This document shows, piece after piece, positions 31,363 through 42,629 of a DNA stretch of 64,000 nt; position 1 is the stretch's first letter, and every line of letters begins with the position of its first letter. This stretch comes from Prochlorococcus sp. AG-449-P16 (GTDB lineage: Bacteria > Cyanobacteriota > Cyanobacteriia > PCC-6307 > Cyanobiaceae): positions 10,506-74,505 of the forward strand of contig QCQN01000004.1 in the NCBI GenBank assembly GCA_003212175.1, in the 5' to 3' direction. Under the pieces are notes generated by a model that was given only the letters and a program-made list of their open reading frames with translations, did no database searches and was not told the DNA's origin. Made by a program: the position numbers and the translations under genes.

Positions 31363-31704
31363 TTAGACAAAAATTTTTGTGTCTGTGGAATTACTCAAAA
31401 ACTGTTTTAAATCTGTTGAAAATTATTTAACATTAAAAATTTTTTGTTGATTAATTAAAAAATTTTTTTGAATTCAAAAAATTACTCCACATAATTTAAA
31501 AACATTCCACTTTAAAAGCTCCACTTTATCATTGTGATAGTAATAAATTTAACAACTTTTCCACAGTTTCCCCAATATCTACTACTACTAATAATAAATT
31601 ATTAATAAAAAATAAGAACTATAGAGTCAAATTTAAAATGAATAATTTTTAATTGGAATTATCAATAAAATGCATTTAGTATATGTATAAAGTGAAGAAA
31701 TCTA
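31363..31704. other. Chromosomal replication origin (oriC)
   Basis: 342-bp AT-rich intergenic region upstream of dnaN; DnaA-box matches at 31384-31392(-), 31414-31422(-), 31483-31491, 31557-31565 (TTTTCCACA) and 31566-31574; CTA trio repeats at 31579-31596. Confidence 0.85.
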
Positions 31705-32862
31705 ATGGAGATTATTTGTAATCAAAATGAATTTAATAATGCCATTCAATTAGTTAGTAAAGCTGTTGCCTCAAGACCTACTCATCCTATTTTAGCAAAT
31801 TTACTTTTAACAGCTGATCAAGGAACAAATAAAATTAGTCTTACTGGGTTTGATTTGAACTTAGGAATACAAACGTCTTTTGATGCAACTGTAAAAAAAA
31901 GCGGAGCAATTACAATTCCTTCAAAACTTTTATCAGAAATAGTAAATAAATTACCTAGTGATGTCCCTGTATCATTGGATGTGGATGAGGATTCTGAGAA
32001 TATCTGTATAAAAAGTGATACGGGGTCATTTAACCTAAAAGGGATACCATCTGATGATTATCCAAATTTACCATTTGTAGAGAGTGGTACTTCTTTAAAT
32101 ATTGATCCAAATTCATTTTTAAAAGCCTTAAAATTAACCATTTTTGCTAGTAGTAATGATGATTCAAAACAGTTACTAACAGGAGTTAATTTTACCTTTA
32201 AGAAAAAATATCTGGAATCGGCAGCAACTGACGGTCATAGGTTAGCTGTCGTCTTAGTAGATAATGAAGATAATATTCAGGAGAAAGACGACTATTTAAG
32301 TAATGAAGAGAATTTATCTGTTACTATTCCAACAAGATCACTGAGAGAAATCGAAAAACTTGTAAGTCTTAAAACTTCTGAAAGTTTAATAAAACTTTTT
32401 TATGATAAAGGGCAGGTTGTATTTATTTCTTCAAATCAAATAATTACTACTAGAACTCTTGAAGGAACTTATCCAAATTATTCTCAGTTAGTACCAGATA
32501 CTTTTTCAAAACTTTTTACTTTTGAAACAAAAAAATTTACTGACGCATTAGAAAGAATAGCTGTTTTAGCAGATCAACAGAGTAGCGTTGTTAAAATTAA
32601 ATTTGATGAAAGTAATTTAGCTTTAATTAGTGCTGATGCTCAAGATATTGGAAATGCTTCTGAATCTTTATTAGTTTCAGGAGAAGGTGAAGAATTTGAT
32701 ATTGCCTTTAACGTTAGATATCTCTTAGAGGGATTAAAAGTTATTACTAGTCAAAACGTTATTCTTAAATGTAATCTTTCAACGACGCCTGCCATTATAG
32801 TTCCCGAAGATAATGTTAATGCCTTTACATATCTAGTTATGCCTGTTCAGATAAGATCCTGA
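31705..32862 (+). CDS. dnaN: DNA polymerase III beta sliding clamp
   Basis: ATDGHRL, LEGTYPNY, IAFNVRYL and YLVMPVQ motifs. Confidence 0.98.
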   Translation: MEIICNQNEFNNAIQLVSKAVASRPTHPILANLLLTADQGTNKISLTGFDLNLGIQTSFDATVKKSGAITIPSKLLSEIVNKLPSDVPVSLDVDEDSENICIKSDTGSFNLKGIPSDDYPNLPFVESGTSLNIDPNSFLKALKLTIFASSNDDSKQLLTGVNFTFKKKYLESAATDGHRLAVVLVDNEDNIQEKDDYLSNEENLSVTIPTRSLREIEKLVSLKTSESLIKLFYDKGQVVFISSNQIITTRTLEGTYPNYSQLVPDTFSKLFTFETKKFTDALERIAVLADQQSSVVKIKFDESNLALISADAQDIGNASESLLVSGEGEEFDIAFNVRYLLEGLKVITSQNVILKCNLSTTPAIIVPEDNVNAFTYLVMPVQIRS

Positions 32863-32863
32863 T

Positions 32864-33577
32864 TTGAAATTACCAAAAGAATTTTTATTGAGTGAATTAT
32901 TAAATCTTAATGTGAGGGGAAATATTAGTTTTTACTATGGGACTGGAGAAAATGTTTGGATGCATCCACCTGTTCATCGTATTTTAGGATGGTATTCACG
33001 TCCCTCAAATTTTGATTTAAAAAGGAATGTTTGGAGGCTTAATCAAATTAATCAAATAATAGATAATGATATTTATGTTAAAGGCGATCCTGCAATTTCT
33101 GATTTAGCAACTTTAAATAGATTCCCTAATTTGATAGGTGCAAATCTTATAAATACTGAAGGATCAAAAATAGGAGTTATTGCAGATTTTTTGTTTAATA
33201 TGAAAACAGGTAGTATAAGATTCTATTTGATTTCAAGATCAAATCCTAAAATTCCTGGTTCGAGTAGATGGAGATTAGATAAAGAAGACATTGTTGATCA
33301 ACAGCCTGGATTAGTTTTTTCTTCATGTACGACTTTAGAGGATCTATCATTAGTAAAATCAAGTTTAAAACATCAGTTTTTTAAAAAAGGAAAGAAAATT
33401 ATTGATCGTTTTGATGAAATGAAAAATATTGCATCTGATAGATTAGAAGATTGGCTTGAAGAAGATGAAGATATAAACCAAAACAGTGATTTTGAAGGAA
33501 AAAGTTTTTATAATATTAATCAAGAAGAAAAGCTAAATTCCTTCAAAAATAAAAGAGACGATGATCCTTGGATTTGA
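32864..33577 (+). CDS. PRC-barrel domain protein
   Basis: LIGANLINTEGSKIGVIADFLFNMKTGSI resembles a PRC barrel; acidic C-terminus DDPWI; TTG start 1 nt after the dnaN stop. Confidence 0.7.
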   Translation: MKLPKEFLLSELLNLNVRGNISFYYGTGENVWMHPPVHRILGWYSRPSNFDLKRNVWRLNQINQIIDNDIYVKGDPAISDLATLNRFPNLIGANLINTEGSKIGVIADFLFNMKTGSIRFYLISRSNPKIPGSSRWRLDKEDIVDQQPGLVFSSCTTLEDLSLVKSSLKHQFFKKGKKIIDRFDEMKNIASDRLEDWLEEDEDINQNSDFEGKSFYNINQEEKLNSFKNKRDDDPWI

Positions 33578-33580
33578 ATA

Positions 33581-35923
33581 ATGATTAATTCTTTAGATAA
33601 TAAAAATTATGATTTAGAAGAATCATTAAAAGTAGAAAATTTAACTTCAAGTGACTATGAGGAGATATGTAAGAGATTAGGAAGAAAGCCGAATAGAACA
33701 GAATTAGGGATGTTTGGAGTGATGTGGTCCGAACATTGTTGTTATAGAAATTCAAAACCTTTGTTATCAAGGTTTCCAACGTCAGGAAAGAATGTTTTAG
33801 TAGGCCCTGGCGAAAATGCAGGAGTTATAGACGTTGGCAATAATCAAAAGTTAGTTTTCAAAATAGAGAGTCATAATCATCCTTCTGCAATTGAACCTTT
33901 TCAAGGAGCAGCTACAGGAGTTGGAGGCATATTAAGAGATATTTTTACTATGGGAGCCAGACCAATAGCCGTTTTGAATTCATTACGATTTGGAAATCTT
34001 GATAAGGCTTCTAATATCTCTCTTCTTAGAGGTGTAGTTTCTGGTATATCTCATTATGGAAATTGTGTAGGAGTTCCTACTGTTGGAGGCGAAATAGATT
34101 TTAATGAGAGTTATTCCGGAAATCCTCTTGTTAACGTCATGGCTTTAGGCTTACTGGAAACAGATGAAATAGTTTGCTCTGGGGCCAGTAAAATTGGCTC
34201 GCCTGTCTTATATGTTGGTAATACAACAGGAAGAGATGGGGTTGGGGGTGCTAGTTTTGCTAGTTCAGAACTAACCACTAATTCATTAGATAATAGACCT
34301 GCAGTACAAGTAGGAGATCCATTTATTGAAAAAAGTCTTATTGAAGCTTGTTTAGATGCTTTTAAGACAGGAGATGTAATTGCTGCTCAAGATATGGGAG
34401 CTGCTGGATTAACGTGTAGTAGTGCAGAGATGGCAGCAAATGGAGGTTTAGGTGTATCAATTAACTTAGATTTAGTTCCTGCAAGAGAAAATAATATGTC
34501 ACCTTATCAATATTTATTATCTGAATCTCAAGAAAGAATGTTGCTTGTTGTTAAACAAAATAAACTTAATGAACTTATAAAACAATTCCAGAAGTGGGGA
34601 TTGTATGCGCGTGTTATTGGTGAAGTTATATCAACTCAAGAAGTTATTATCTCGCACAAAAATAATGTTGTTGCAAAAATTCCTACTTCTGCTTTGTCTG
34701 ATGAGACTCCAATCAATATTCATAATGTATTAAGAGAACCTCCAGATTATTTATTGAATAAATGGAAATGGACGGAAGACCAATTACCATCTTTTAAAAA
34801 AAACGGGATTATTTCATTAAAAGATAAAAAAAAGTATTCTTGGTCAAATATAATTCTTAAACTTTTATCAAATCCATCAATAGCTTCTAAAAAATGGGTT
34901 TTCCAACAATACGATTCACAAGTACAATCGAATACTGTTTTTAAGCCTGGAGAGTCGGATGCTGCAGTAATAAGGCTTAGAAGCCAAGATGAAAAAGATA
35001 AAAAACAAAAATTTTCCGGTGTCGCAGCTTCTGTTGATTGCAATAGTAGATGGGTTTATTTAGATCCTTATAGAGGTAGTATTGCTGCAGTTGTAGAATC
35101 TGCCAGAAATGTTTCTTGTGTAGGAGCTGAGCCTTTAGCTATTACTAATAATTTAAATTTTTCATCGCCTGAAACAAAAATAGGATATTGGCAACTTGCT
35201 TCATCTTGTGAAGGTATTTCGGAGGCATGTATTGCATTGGAAACACCTGTAACTGGAGGTAACGTATCTTTGTATAATGAATCAAAAAATGAGAAAAATG
35301 AAATAACTCCAATTTTTCCTACTCCTGTAATAGGTATGGTTGGAAAAATTACTAATATTGATGATGCTATTTGTTCAGGATGGAAAAATGTAGGTGATCA
35401 AATTTGGATAATTGGTTCAAATAATTCTGAATTAACATTAGCTGCTAGTTCTTATCTTGAGTATTTCCATGGATTAATAACTGGCAGACCTCCAAAAATT
35501 GATTTGGATGACGAAAAATTATGTCAAAGTTTTTTAAGAGAATCAATTTTGAGCAACTATATAATTTCATCTCATGATGTTGGTGACGGAGGTCTGGCAA
35601 TTGCATTAGCTGAGTGTTGTATATTATCTTCAAAAGGAGCAACTATTAACTTAGAAGCTCAAAATAATCGCGAAGATAATTTATTGTTTAGTGAAGGTGG
35701 TTCAAGAATAGTTTTTTCGATTAACAGAAAAAATGAGTCTAAATTTGTTGAATTTACTAAAAAAAAGATTAAAAATCTAAATATTAATATATTTGTAAAA
35801 AAATTAGGATATGTTTCTCCGAAAAATTTTAATATAAGTTTTCAAGAAAAAGAAATTTGTAATATACGGGTTGATGAATTGACTGAAAAATTTAATAATG
35901 GTATTTCAAGTCATTTTAAATAA
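33581..35923 (+). CDS. purL: Phosphoribosylformylglycinamidine synthase subunit PurL
   Basis: [28 protein letters not shown] and GGNVSLYN motifs. Confidence 0.98.
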   Translation: MINSLDNKNYDLEESLKVENLTSSDYEEICKRLGRKPNRTELGMFGVMWSEHCCYRNSKPLLSRFPTSGKNVLVGPGENAGVIDVGNNQKLVFKIESHNHPSAIEPFQGAATGVGGILRDIFTMGARPIAVLNSLRFGNLDKASNISLLRGVVSGISHYGNCVGVPTVGGEIDFNESYSGNPLVNVMALGLLETDEIVCSGASKIGSPVLYVGNTTGRDGVGGASFASSELTTNSLDNRPAVQVGDPFIEKSLIEACLDAFKTGDVIAAQDMGAAGLTCSSAEMAANGGLGVSINLDLVPARENNMSPYQYLLSESQERMLLVVKQNKLNELIKQFQKWGLYARVIGEVISTQEVIISHKNNVVAKIPTSALSDETPINIHNVLREPPDYLLNKWKWTEDQLPSFKKNGIISLKDKKKYSWSNIILKLLSNPSIASKKWVFQQYDSQVQSNTVFKPGESDAAVIRLRSQDEKDKKQKFSGVAASVDCNSRWVYLDPYRGSIAAVVESARNVSCVGAEPLAITNNLNFSSPETKIGYWQLASSCEGISEACIALETPVTGGNVSLYNESKNEKNEITPIFPTPVIGMVGKITNIDDAICSGWKNVGDQIWIIGSNNSELTLAASSYLEYFHGLITGRPPKIDLDDEKLCQSFLRESILSNYIISSHDVGDGGLAIALAECCILSSKGATINLEAQNNREDNLLFSEGGSRIVFSINRKNESKFVEFTKKKIKNLNINIFVKKLGYVSPKNFNISFQEKEICNIRVDELTEKFNNGISSHFK

Positions 35924-35957
35924 TGGATAAATATATTCAAAATTGTAAGATTTAGCT

Positions 35958-37418
35958 ATGTGCGGAATAGTTGGAATTGTTTCTTCTGATGATGTAAACC
36001 AACAAATATATGATAGTCTTTTGCTTCTTCAGCATAGAGGTCAAGATTCTACTGGGATAGCAACAATGGAAAATACTATTTTTCATATACATAAATCTAA
36101 AGGGCAAGTAAATACAGCTTATAGAACAAGAGATATGAGGAATTTAATCGGTAAAATTGGTTTAGGACACGTTAGATATGCAACTAAAGGATCCGCTGAA
36201 AGTGTTGAAGAAGCTCAGCCTTTTTATGTAAATGCACCTTATGGAATCGTCCTTATCCATAATGGAAATCTCACTAATACAAGAGATCTAGAAAAACAAT
36301 TATTTAATGTTGATAGGCGTCATACAAACTCTTCAAGTGATACTGAAATGTTATTAAATGTATTTGCAACTGAATTGCAGGAGCAAATTAATAATCAAGA
36401 GTTACAGCCAGAAATTATATTTAATGCAGTAAAAAGTTTACACAAAAGGATCCAAGGTTCATATGCATCAATTGCTTTAATTTCTGGTCATGGTTTATTG
36501 GCTTTTAGAGATCCTTTCGGGATAAGACCTTTGGTCCTTGGCAAAAGAATATCCATTGCTACACAGAAAGAGGAATGGATGGTTGCGAGTGAGTCATTAG
36601 TTTTAGAAAATAATGATTATCAAGTTGTAAGAGATGTTGAGCCGGGAGAAGCAGTTTTTATATCTCAAAATGGAGAATTTTTTTCTAGGCAATGTGCAGA
36701 AAATCCTATGCTATTCCCGTGTGCTTTTGAATATGTGTATTTGGCAAGACCAGATTCTATAATGAACGGGATTTCAGTATATAAAGCACGCCTAAAGATG
36801 GGCGATTATTTGGCTGAAACAATTAAGTCAACTTTAAATACAGGAGATGTTGATGTTGTAATGCCTATTCCTGATTCTTCTAGACCTGCAGCTATGCAAG
36901 TAGCTAGACAGTTAGGAATAGAATATAGAGAAGGATTTTTTAAAAATAGATATGTTGGTAGAACATTTATTATGCCAGGACATCAAAAACGTAAACAATC
37001 TGTTAGACAAAAGTTAAATGCAATGAGTACGGAATTTAAAAATAAAAATGTTTTAATTGTTGATGATTCAATTGTCAGAGGCACTACTTCTAAGCAAATT
37101 GTGCAAATGGCGAAAGACGCAGGAGCAAATAAAGTTTTTTTTACATCTGCGGCCCCTCCAGTTCGTTATCCTCATGTATATGGAATTAATATGCCCAATA
37201 GAGATGAGTTAATTGCTCATAACCGAACCACAAGCGAAATAGCAAAACAACTTGAAATAGATAATCTTGTATATCAAAGTGTGGACAATTTGCGAAAATC
37301 TATTATTAATGATTCTTCTATAGTGGATTTAGAGATGAGTTGTTTTACTGGATCTTATGTAACAGGCACCGTAAATCAAGAGTATTTAACCTGGGTTGAA
37401 AATGAATACAAATCCTAG
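35958..37418 (+). CDS. purF: Amidophosphoribosyltransferase
   Basis: N-terminal MCGIVG, QHRGQD, GHVRY and the PRPP motif [10 protein letters not shown]. Confidence 0.98.
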   Translation: MCGIVGIVSSDDVNQQIYDSLLLLQHRGQDSTGIATMENTIFHIHKSKGQVNTAYRTRDMRNLIGKIGLGHVRYATKGSAESVEEAQPFYVNAPYGIVLIHNGNLTNTRDLEKQLFNVDRRHTNSSSDTEMLLNVFATELQEQINNQELQPEIIFNAVKSLHKRIQGSYASIALISGHGLLAFRDPFGIRPLVLGKRISIATQKEEWMVASESLVLENNDYQVVRDVEPGEAVFISQNGEFFSRQCAENPMLFPCAFEYVYLARPDSIMNGISVYKARLKMGDYLAETIKSTLNTGDVDVVMPIPDSSRPAAMQVARQLGIEYREGFFKNRYVGRTFIMPGHQKRKQSVRQKLNAMSTEFKNKNVLIVDDSIVRGTTSKQIVQMAKDAGANKVFFTSAAPPVRYPHVYGINMPNRDELIAHNRTTSEIAKQLEIDNLVYQSVDNLRKSIINDSSIVDLEMSCFTGSYVTGTVNQEYLTWVENEYKS

Positions 37419-39856
37419 TCAATTAGATTTTCAATGCGGAAACAATTTTCAAGTAATTCTTCTTTTTCAAAATTTAAAAAAGCAATGTCAAGTAAATTTT
37501 TGTTTGAGTAAGAAGTTAGTTTTTTAAGATTTATTCTGGCTGATTTATTTTTATTTGTTTCAATATCTATAAATTGATTATTTGTAAGAATTTTTACAAA
37601 CATATCATTTTTAAGTTGAATTTTTTCATTTATATATCCTAATTTAGAATTATGAGAATCATAAATCTGATCAATCTTTAATTTAAAAATCTTGCATTTT
37701 TGAGAAACCAAATAAACGGTATCGCTATTTTTAGTTTTGCAACATGAAACTATTTTTTCTCTAGGTAATAATTTTACGAGCATTGAACCTTGAGATTGTT
37801 TGGAACTCGGGTAAAGATATTTATTAGAAATATTAAATTTAAAAATCCTACCGATAGAGGTCAGAATTACTAAAAATTCTTCATTCGTATAAATGCAAGA
37901 ATCAATGATTTTTATCGAGTTTTGCATTTTTGCAATTGAGAAAATACGATTAGATTTAATCATGTCTTCATCAAACAAAACTTTCTTAAATTTTCCATTT
38001 GAAGATAAAATACATAAATAATTTTTGGTATCAGTATCAAGATAATGGAAATTAATAATTTCTTTAGGGTCTAAATTTCCAAAAACTTTTTTATCTAATT
38101 TATAGTCATGCTCAATATTTGATTTCCAATCAATTTGAAGTAATTTTCCTTTAGATGTTATTCCAATAATTATTAAATTTTTTTTGATATCACATATAAA
38201 ATTTTGAAGGTTTTTACTATCAACTATTTTATTTTCTTGATCTAATAATTTTTTATAATTGATTAAATTAATTTTTTTTAGATAATGTCTATTATCTATA
38301 GAAAGTTTTGTTTTTCTGTTGATATGGTCTTCTAATATTTGATTTTTGATTGTATCTATTTCGTTTTTTTCATTTATATTTTTTAAGATATTTGTTTTTC
38401 TCTTTACAAGATATTTTTTCTTTAATAATTTAAGTTCTTCAATTAATTTTTCAAGTAACAACTCTCTATTATTGAGTAAATTATTAAGTTTTTTCTTTTC
38501 AATTGATAAATTTTTGATATCAATTTCTATTTGTTGCTTTTCTAAATTTGTTAACTTTTTTAGTGGCATGCTTAAAACAGCATTTGATTGCTTTTCGTTG
38601 AGAACGAGTTTGGCACTTAATTTCGATTGTGCTTCAGTTGCATTTTCTGAGCTTTGAATAATTTCAATAATATCTTTTATATTTTTAATAGCTATTGAGA
38701 AACCTTCTAAAATATCAAGTTTTTCCGAAGTTACTTTTAAAAAATATTTTGTCCTCCTTCTAACAGTTTCCTCTCTAAACTTTAAAAAATAATTAAGGTA
38801 TTTTTTTAAATTAAGTTGTACCGGTTTTCCATCAATTAAAGCTAAAAAGATTGCTCCGAAATTAGTTTGAAGTGATGTTTTTTTGAATAAATCTGAAATT
38901 ATAATTTCAGGATTAGAGTCTTTTTTTAACTCAATTAGAATTCTCATGCCATCTCTATCACTTTCATCTCTTATGTCGGATATTCCGTTTATTTTGCCTA
39001 GATTCACCAACTCAGCGAGTCTTTCTATCCAAGCCGCTTTATTAATTTGGTAAGGAAGTTCTGAAATTATTAAAGCTTTTCTTTTATGCTTACCTTTACC
39101 CAAAGACACTTCTTCTTTTTTTATTACTCCCCTCATTGTTATTGATCCTTTACCTGTAAGGTAAAGATCTTTTATTCCCTCGCTATTGATCAATTCTCCA
39201 CCAGTAGGGAAATCAGGGCCAAGGATATAACTTGATAATTTTTTGTCACTTATTTCTTTATCTTTAATCAAAACAATTAAAGCTTCTATGACTTCACCTA
39301 AATTGTGAGGTGGAATGTTAGTTGCCATGCCTACTGCGATTCCTGATGATCCATTTAAAAGTAAAAAAGGTAGTTGGGCGGGCAATATATCTGGTTCCTG
39401 TTGAGAACCATCAAAATTATTAGAATAACTTACAGTTTCTGAACCTATTTCTCCTAAAAAAGCTTCATGAGCTATTGGAGCAAGACGTGTCTCTGTATAA
39501 CGCATTGCAGCTGGAGGGTCGTTATCAATCGAACCAAAATTTCCATGGCCATCAAGAGTTGGGTATTTTGTTGAAAAATTTTGCACTAATCTCACTAAAG
39601 CGTCATAAACAGCTTGGTCTCCATGTGGGTGATATTTTCCTAAAACGTCTCCAACAACTCTTGCACATTTCCTAAAAGGACGATCAGGAGTAAGGCCTAA
39701 TTCATGCATAGCAAAAAGAATTCTTCTCTGTACAGGTTTAAGGCCATCTCTAGCATCAGGCAAAGCGCGTCCCACAATAACACTCATTGCGTATTCAAGA
39801 TAAGAACGCTGCATTTCTTCTTGAAGAGATATTGAAGTAAATTTTTCCTTTGTCAT
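37415..39856 (-). CDS. parC: Type IIA topoisomerase subunit A, ParC-like GyrA paralog
   Basis: [21 protein letters not shown] and catalytic AAMRYTE; degenerate C-terminal domain with no recognisable GyrA-box. Confidence 0.8.
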   Translation of the reverse strand: MTKEKFTSISLQEEMQRSYLEYAMSVIVGRALPDARDGLKPVQRRILFAMHELGLTPDRPFRKCARVVGDVLGKYHPHGDQAVYDALVRLVQNFSTKYPTLDGHGNFGSIDNDPPAAMRYTETRLAPIAHEAFLGEIGSETVSYSNNFDGSQQEPDILPAQLPFLLLNGSSGIAVGMATNIPPHNLGEVIEALIVLIKDKEISDKKLSSYILGPDFPTGGELINSEGIKDLYLTGKGSITMRGVIKKEEVSLGKGKHKRKALIISELPYQINKAAWIERLAELVNLGKINGISDIRDESDRDGMRILIELKKDSNPEIIISDLFKKTSLQTNFGAIFLALIDGKPVQLNLKKYLNYFLKFREETVRRRTKYFLKVTSEKLDILEGFSIAIKNIKDIIEIIQSSENATEAQSKLSAKLVLNEKQSNAVLSMPLKKLTNLEKQQIEIDIKNLSIEKKKLNNLLNNRELLLEKLIEELKLLKKKYLVKRKTNILKNINEKNEIDTIKNQILEDHINRKTKLSIDNRHYLKKINLINYKKLLDQENKIVDSKNLQNFICDIKKNLIIIGITSKGKLLQIDWKSNIEHDYKLDKKVFGNLDPKEIINFHYLDTDTKNYLCILSSNGKFKKVLFDEDMIKSNRIFSIAKMQNSIKIIDSCIYTNEEFLVILTSIGRIFKFNISNKYLYPSSKQSQGSMLVKLLPREKIVSCCKTKNSDTVYLVSQKCKIFKLKIDQIYDSHNSKLGYINEKIQLKNDMFVKILTNNQFIDIETNKNKSARINLKKLTSYSNKNLLDIAFLNFEKEELLENCFRIENLID

Positions 39857-39946
39857 TAAAATAGAAATCTTACAAAATGCTTTGGTAAACTAAGTTAAGA
39901 TTAATAGGTAATTAAATATTTACCAGTTTGAATATTTTGGAAATTT

Positions 39947-40798
39947 TTAAATTTTACTTTTTGCCGTAATTATTTCTTGTTTAAGCATATTATTTTGAAA
40001 AAGTAATTCTGTAGATTTTTGTATTTTATCTCCCCATAGATGTTCTTTTCTATAGTCAAAATCAACATATTTCGGATTTATTTTTAAAGCTTTTTGAGCT
40101 AATAAAATAGCTTCATCAATATTTTTTGTTTTTAGACATGAAGCAAGTGCGAGTAAAGATTCTGCATTCTCCTCTAACTCAATGGCTTCTTTGAAATTTT
40201 TAATAGAAAGACTCAAATCATCTAATTCAAAAAATGCTAAGCCTTTATTATTGATTGCTTCCCAAAAGTTTGATTTAATTTTTAGAGCGTTATCAAACTC
40301 TTTTATTGCTTTCTCATAGCTTTTTTCCATAAGATATATATTACCTAATTGAAAAATTGCTTTATAGTTTGATGGGATAAGGTTGATTCCGGATTTAAGA
40401 GAGACTTTTGCTTTTTTTATTTTTTTTTCTTGAAGGTATATAGTACTTTTAGCAAAATATATTTGACCCATCATAGGGTTTATTTTATGGGCTTTTTCTA
40501 GTGAAACAAGTGCATCTTGATAGAGTTTGTTAGCAATTTGCGCTTCAGCAAGTATAGTCCATAAGGTTTCATTTGATTTATTAATTTTAACCCCTAGTTT
40601 TGCCAAATTTAGACTGTCTTTCACTTGTCCAAAGTATAAAAGTTGATAAGCTGTTTTTCCAATAGATAGGGCATCATCTTTTAAATTTTTTAACTGTGGT
40701 TTGTAATAATAAGGAATTACAGCTTCTACGCTTCGCGTTTGGAATTGAGGAAGAATAATTATCGAAAAAAATAGAAATTTGATTATGAATTGTTTCAT
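39947..40798 (-). CDS. Tetratricopeptide repeat protein with N-terminal signal/TM segment
   Basis: Repeated A..(L)G..Y...A...F..AL...P helices; ATG at 40798 avoids overlap with queG. Confidence 0.85.
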   Translation of the reverse strand: MKQFIIKFLFFSIIILPQFQTRSVEAVIPYYYKPQLKNLKDDALSIGKTAYQLLYFGQVKDSLNLAKLGVKINKSNETLWTILAEAQIANKLYQDALVSLEKAHKINPMMGQIYFAKSTIYLQEKKIKKAKVSLKSGINLIPSNYKAIFQLGNIYLMEKSYEKAIKEFDNALKIKSNFWEAINNKGLAFFELDDLSLSIKNFKEAIELEENAESLLALASCLKTKNIDEAILLAQKALKINPKYVDFDYRKEHLWGDKIQKSTELLFQNNMLKQEIITAKSKI

Positions 40799-40803
40799 AG
40801 GTA

Positions 40804-41745
40804 CTAGTTTTGCAAAATTGCTCTTATATTTCTTCTCCACATCCAAGGCTTTATCCTTTTTAAAGTACTTCCCTTTAGATTTAATTCCCATTGTTTATCT
40901 TCCCAATTTAGCGATTCATCATTGAGACTTTTTATCCAGTCTTTTGGCTTTGCTTCAACACTTTTATTGAATGGAACTGATTTATTCCACGGACAGACAT
41001 CCTGACATATATCACAACCTGCAATCCATCCATTCAAATTTGTCTCTATGCTTTCTGGAAAAGTTTTTTGTCTGTTTTCTATAGTATGGTAGGCGATACA
41101 TAAGTTTGAATTAATAACAAATGGCTCAGTAATTGCATTTGTTGGACATTTTTCAATACATTTTTCGCATTTTCCACATAGAGATCTTGATTGATTATCG
41201 GAGGTCAATTCTTTTGTGAGAATCATAAAACCTAAAGTTAGCCATGATCCAAATTTTTTATTAATTAGATTACTATTTTTACCTATCCACCCTATTCCTG
41301 CTTCTTCTGCCCATGCTTTTTCTAATAGAGGAGAAGTGTCTACACATATTTTCCATGTACAATCTTCAATTTCACTATCAATCCATTTACCTACATTTTT
41401 TAATTTTTTATAAATAAGTTTATGATAATCTTTTCCTTGGCCGAACTTTCCAACTTTAAAATTTGTATTTGTGTCGTGTTCTTCGCTCAGATAATTGTAG
41501 CCAACAGTTAAAACACTTTTTGCCCCCTCCAATAATAGTCCTACGTTTTTTCTTCTTTCTGCTTCCATCCATTTCATTTCACTATGATAGTGATTTTCTA
41601 ACCATCTTTCCAGTGCCTTGGTTCTTAATTTCAAGCGGGAACTTCCTGGGATACTTGCTATTCCAGAGACAACAAAGCCCTCTAATATAGCCCTTTCTTT
41701 TAGTCTGCTACTTAATTCTTTTTTATTTTGAATTGTATTTCCCAT
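40804..41745 (-). CDS. queG: Epoxyqueuosine reductase
   Basis: DYH, CVDTSPLLEK, AGIGWIGKN, CGKCEKCIEKCPT and GCDICQDVCPWN motifs. Confidence 0.95.
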   Translation of the reverse strand: MGNTIQNKKELSSRLKERAILEGFVVSGIASIPGSSRLKLRTKALERWLENHYHSEMKWMEAERRKNVGLLLEGAKSVLTVGYNYLSEEHDTNTNFKVGKFGQGKDYHKLIYKKLKNVGKWIDSEIEDCTWKICVDTSPLLEKAWAEEAGIGWIGKNSNLINKKFGSWLTLGFMILTKELTSDNQSRSLCGKCEKCIEKCPTNAITEPFVINSNLCIAYHTIENRQKTFPESIETNLNGWIAGCDICQDVCPWNKSVPFNKSVEAKPKDWIKSLNDESLNWEDKQWELNLKGSTLKRIKPWMWRRNIRAILQN

Positions 41746-41891
41746 TGTTTTATTATGATTTATTTTTTTTAAAAAGGTATTAAGAGTCAAAAAACTAATA
41801 AATAATTTAAATTTATTAAAAGAAAATATATCCCTATTAAATAAAACTAGTTAAATTATTAGTAAAATAAAATAAACTTAGGATTTTTAAT

Positions 41892-42626
41892 TTGGTTGAA
41901 TCTACTCAAAATCAAGATTCGAACCTAGGAACTAGGCTCCAACAAGATTTAAAAAATGATCTTATAGCAGGGTTATTAGTAGTTATCCCATTGGCTACTA
42001 CTATCTGGTTGTCATCAATTGTGAGTAAATTTGTGCTCACACTAGTTACATCTATCCCAAAACAATTAAATCCATTTATAACTTTAAATCCTTTATTACA
42101 AGATTTAATTAACTTAACTTTGGGTTTAACTGTCCCATTACTAGCAATTTTATTAATAGGTTTAATGGCCCGCAATTTTGTGGGTCGTTGGTTATTGGAA
42201 TTTGGGGAAGGTACATTAACTAAAATACCTGTAGCAGGAGCAGTATACAAAACACTGAAACAGTTACTTGAAACTTTTTTGAGTAATAAGTCAAATAGAT
42301 TCAGAAGAGTCGTCTTAGTAGAGTATCCTCGCGAGGGATTATTTAGTGTTGGATTCGTTACTGGTGATGTTGGGCCATCATTAAGACCTGACTTAGATGA
42401 GAAATTATTAAGCGTTTTTATTCCAACTGCACCAAATCCAACCACAGGTTGGTACACTTTAGTTCCTGAATCTTCTGTTAAAGATCTCAATATATCAGTT
42501 GAAGATGCTTTTAAAACAATAATTTCCGTTGGGATTGTTAATCCAGATCAAAAAGAAAATTCTACTAATCCTACATTTGCAAAATTATTTTCTCAATTAA
42601 GGGCTTCTACTAATACTTCTTCCTAA
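41892..42626 (+). CDS. DUF502 membrane protein
   Basis: AGLLVVIPL, VLVEYPR and VFIPTAPNPTTG motifs; TTG start. Confidence 0.9.
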   Translation: MVESTQNQDSNLGTRLQQDLKNDLIAGLLVVIPLATTIWLSSIVSKFVLTLVTSIPKQLNPFITLNPLLQDLINLTLGLTVPLLAILLIGLMARNFVGRWLLEFGEGTLTKIPVAGAVYKTLKQLLETFLSNKSNRFRRVVLVEYPREGLFSVGFVTGDVGPSLRPDLDEKLLSVFIPTAPNPTTGWYTLVPESSVKDLNISVEDAFKTIISVGIVNPDQKENSTNPTFAKLFSQLRASTNTSS

Positions 42627-42629
42627 TTG

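Noticed and set aside
41912-42490. 192-aa antisense ORF
   Set aside because: Mirror frame of the DUF502 gene with no motifs; the other antisense and nested ORFs in the track were dismissed for the same reason
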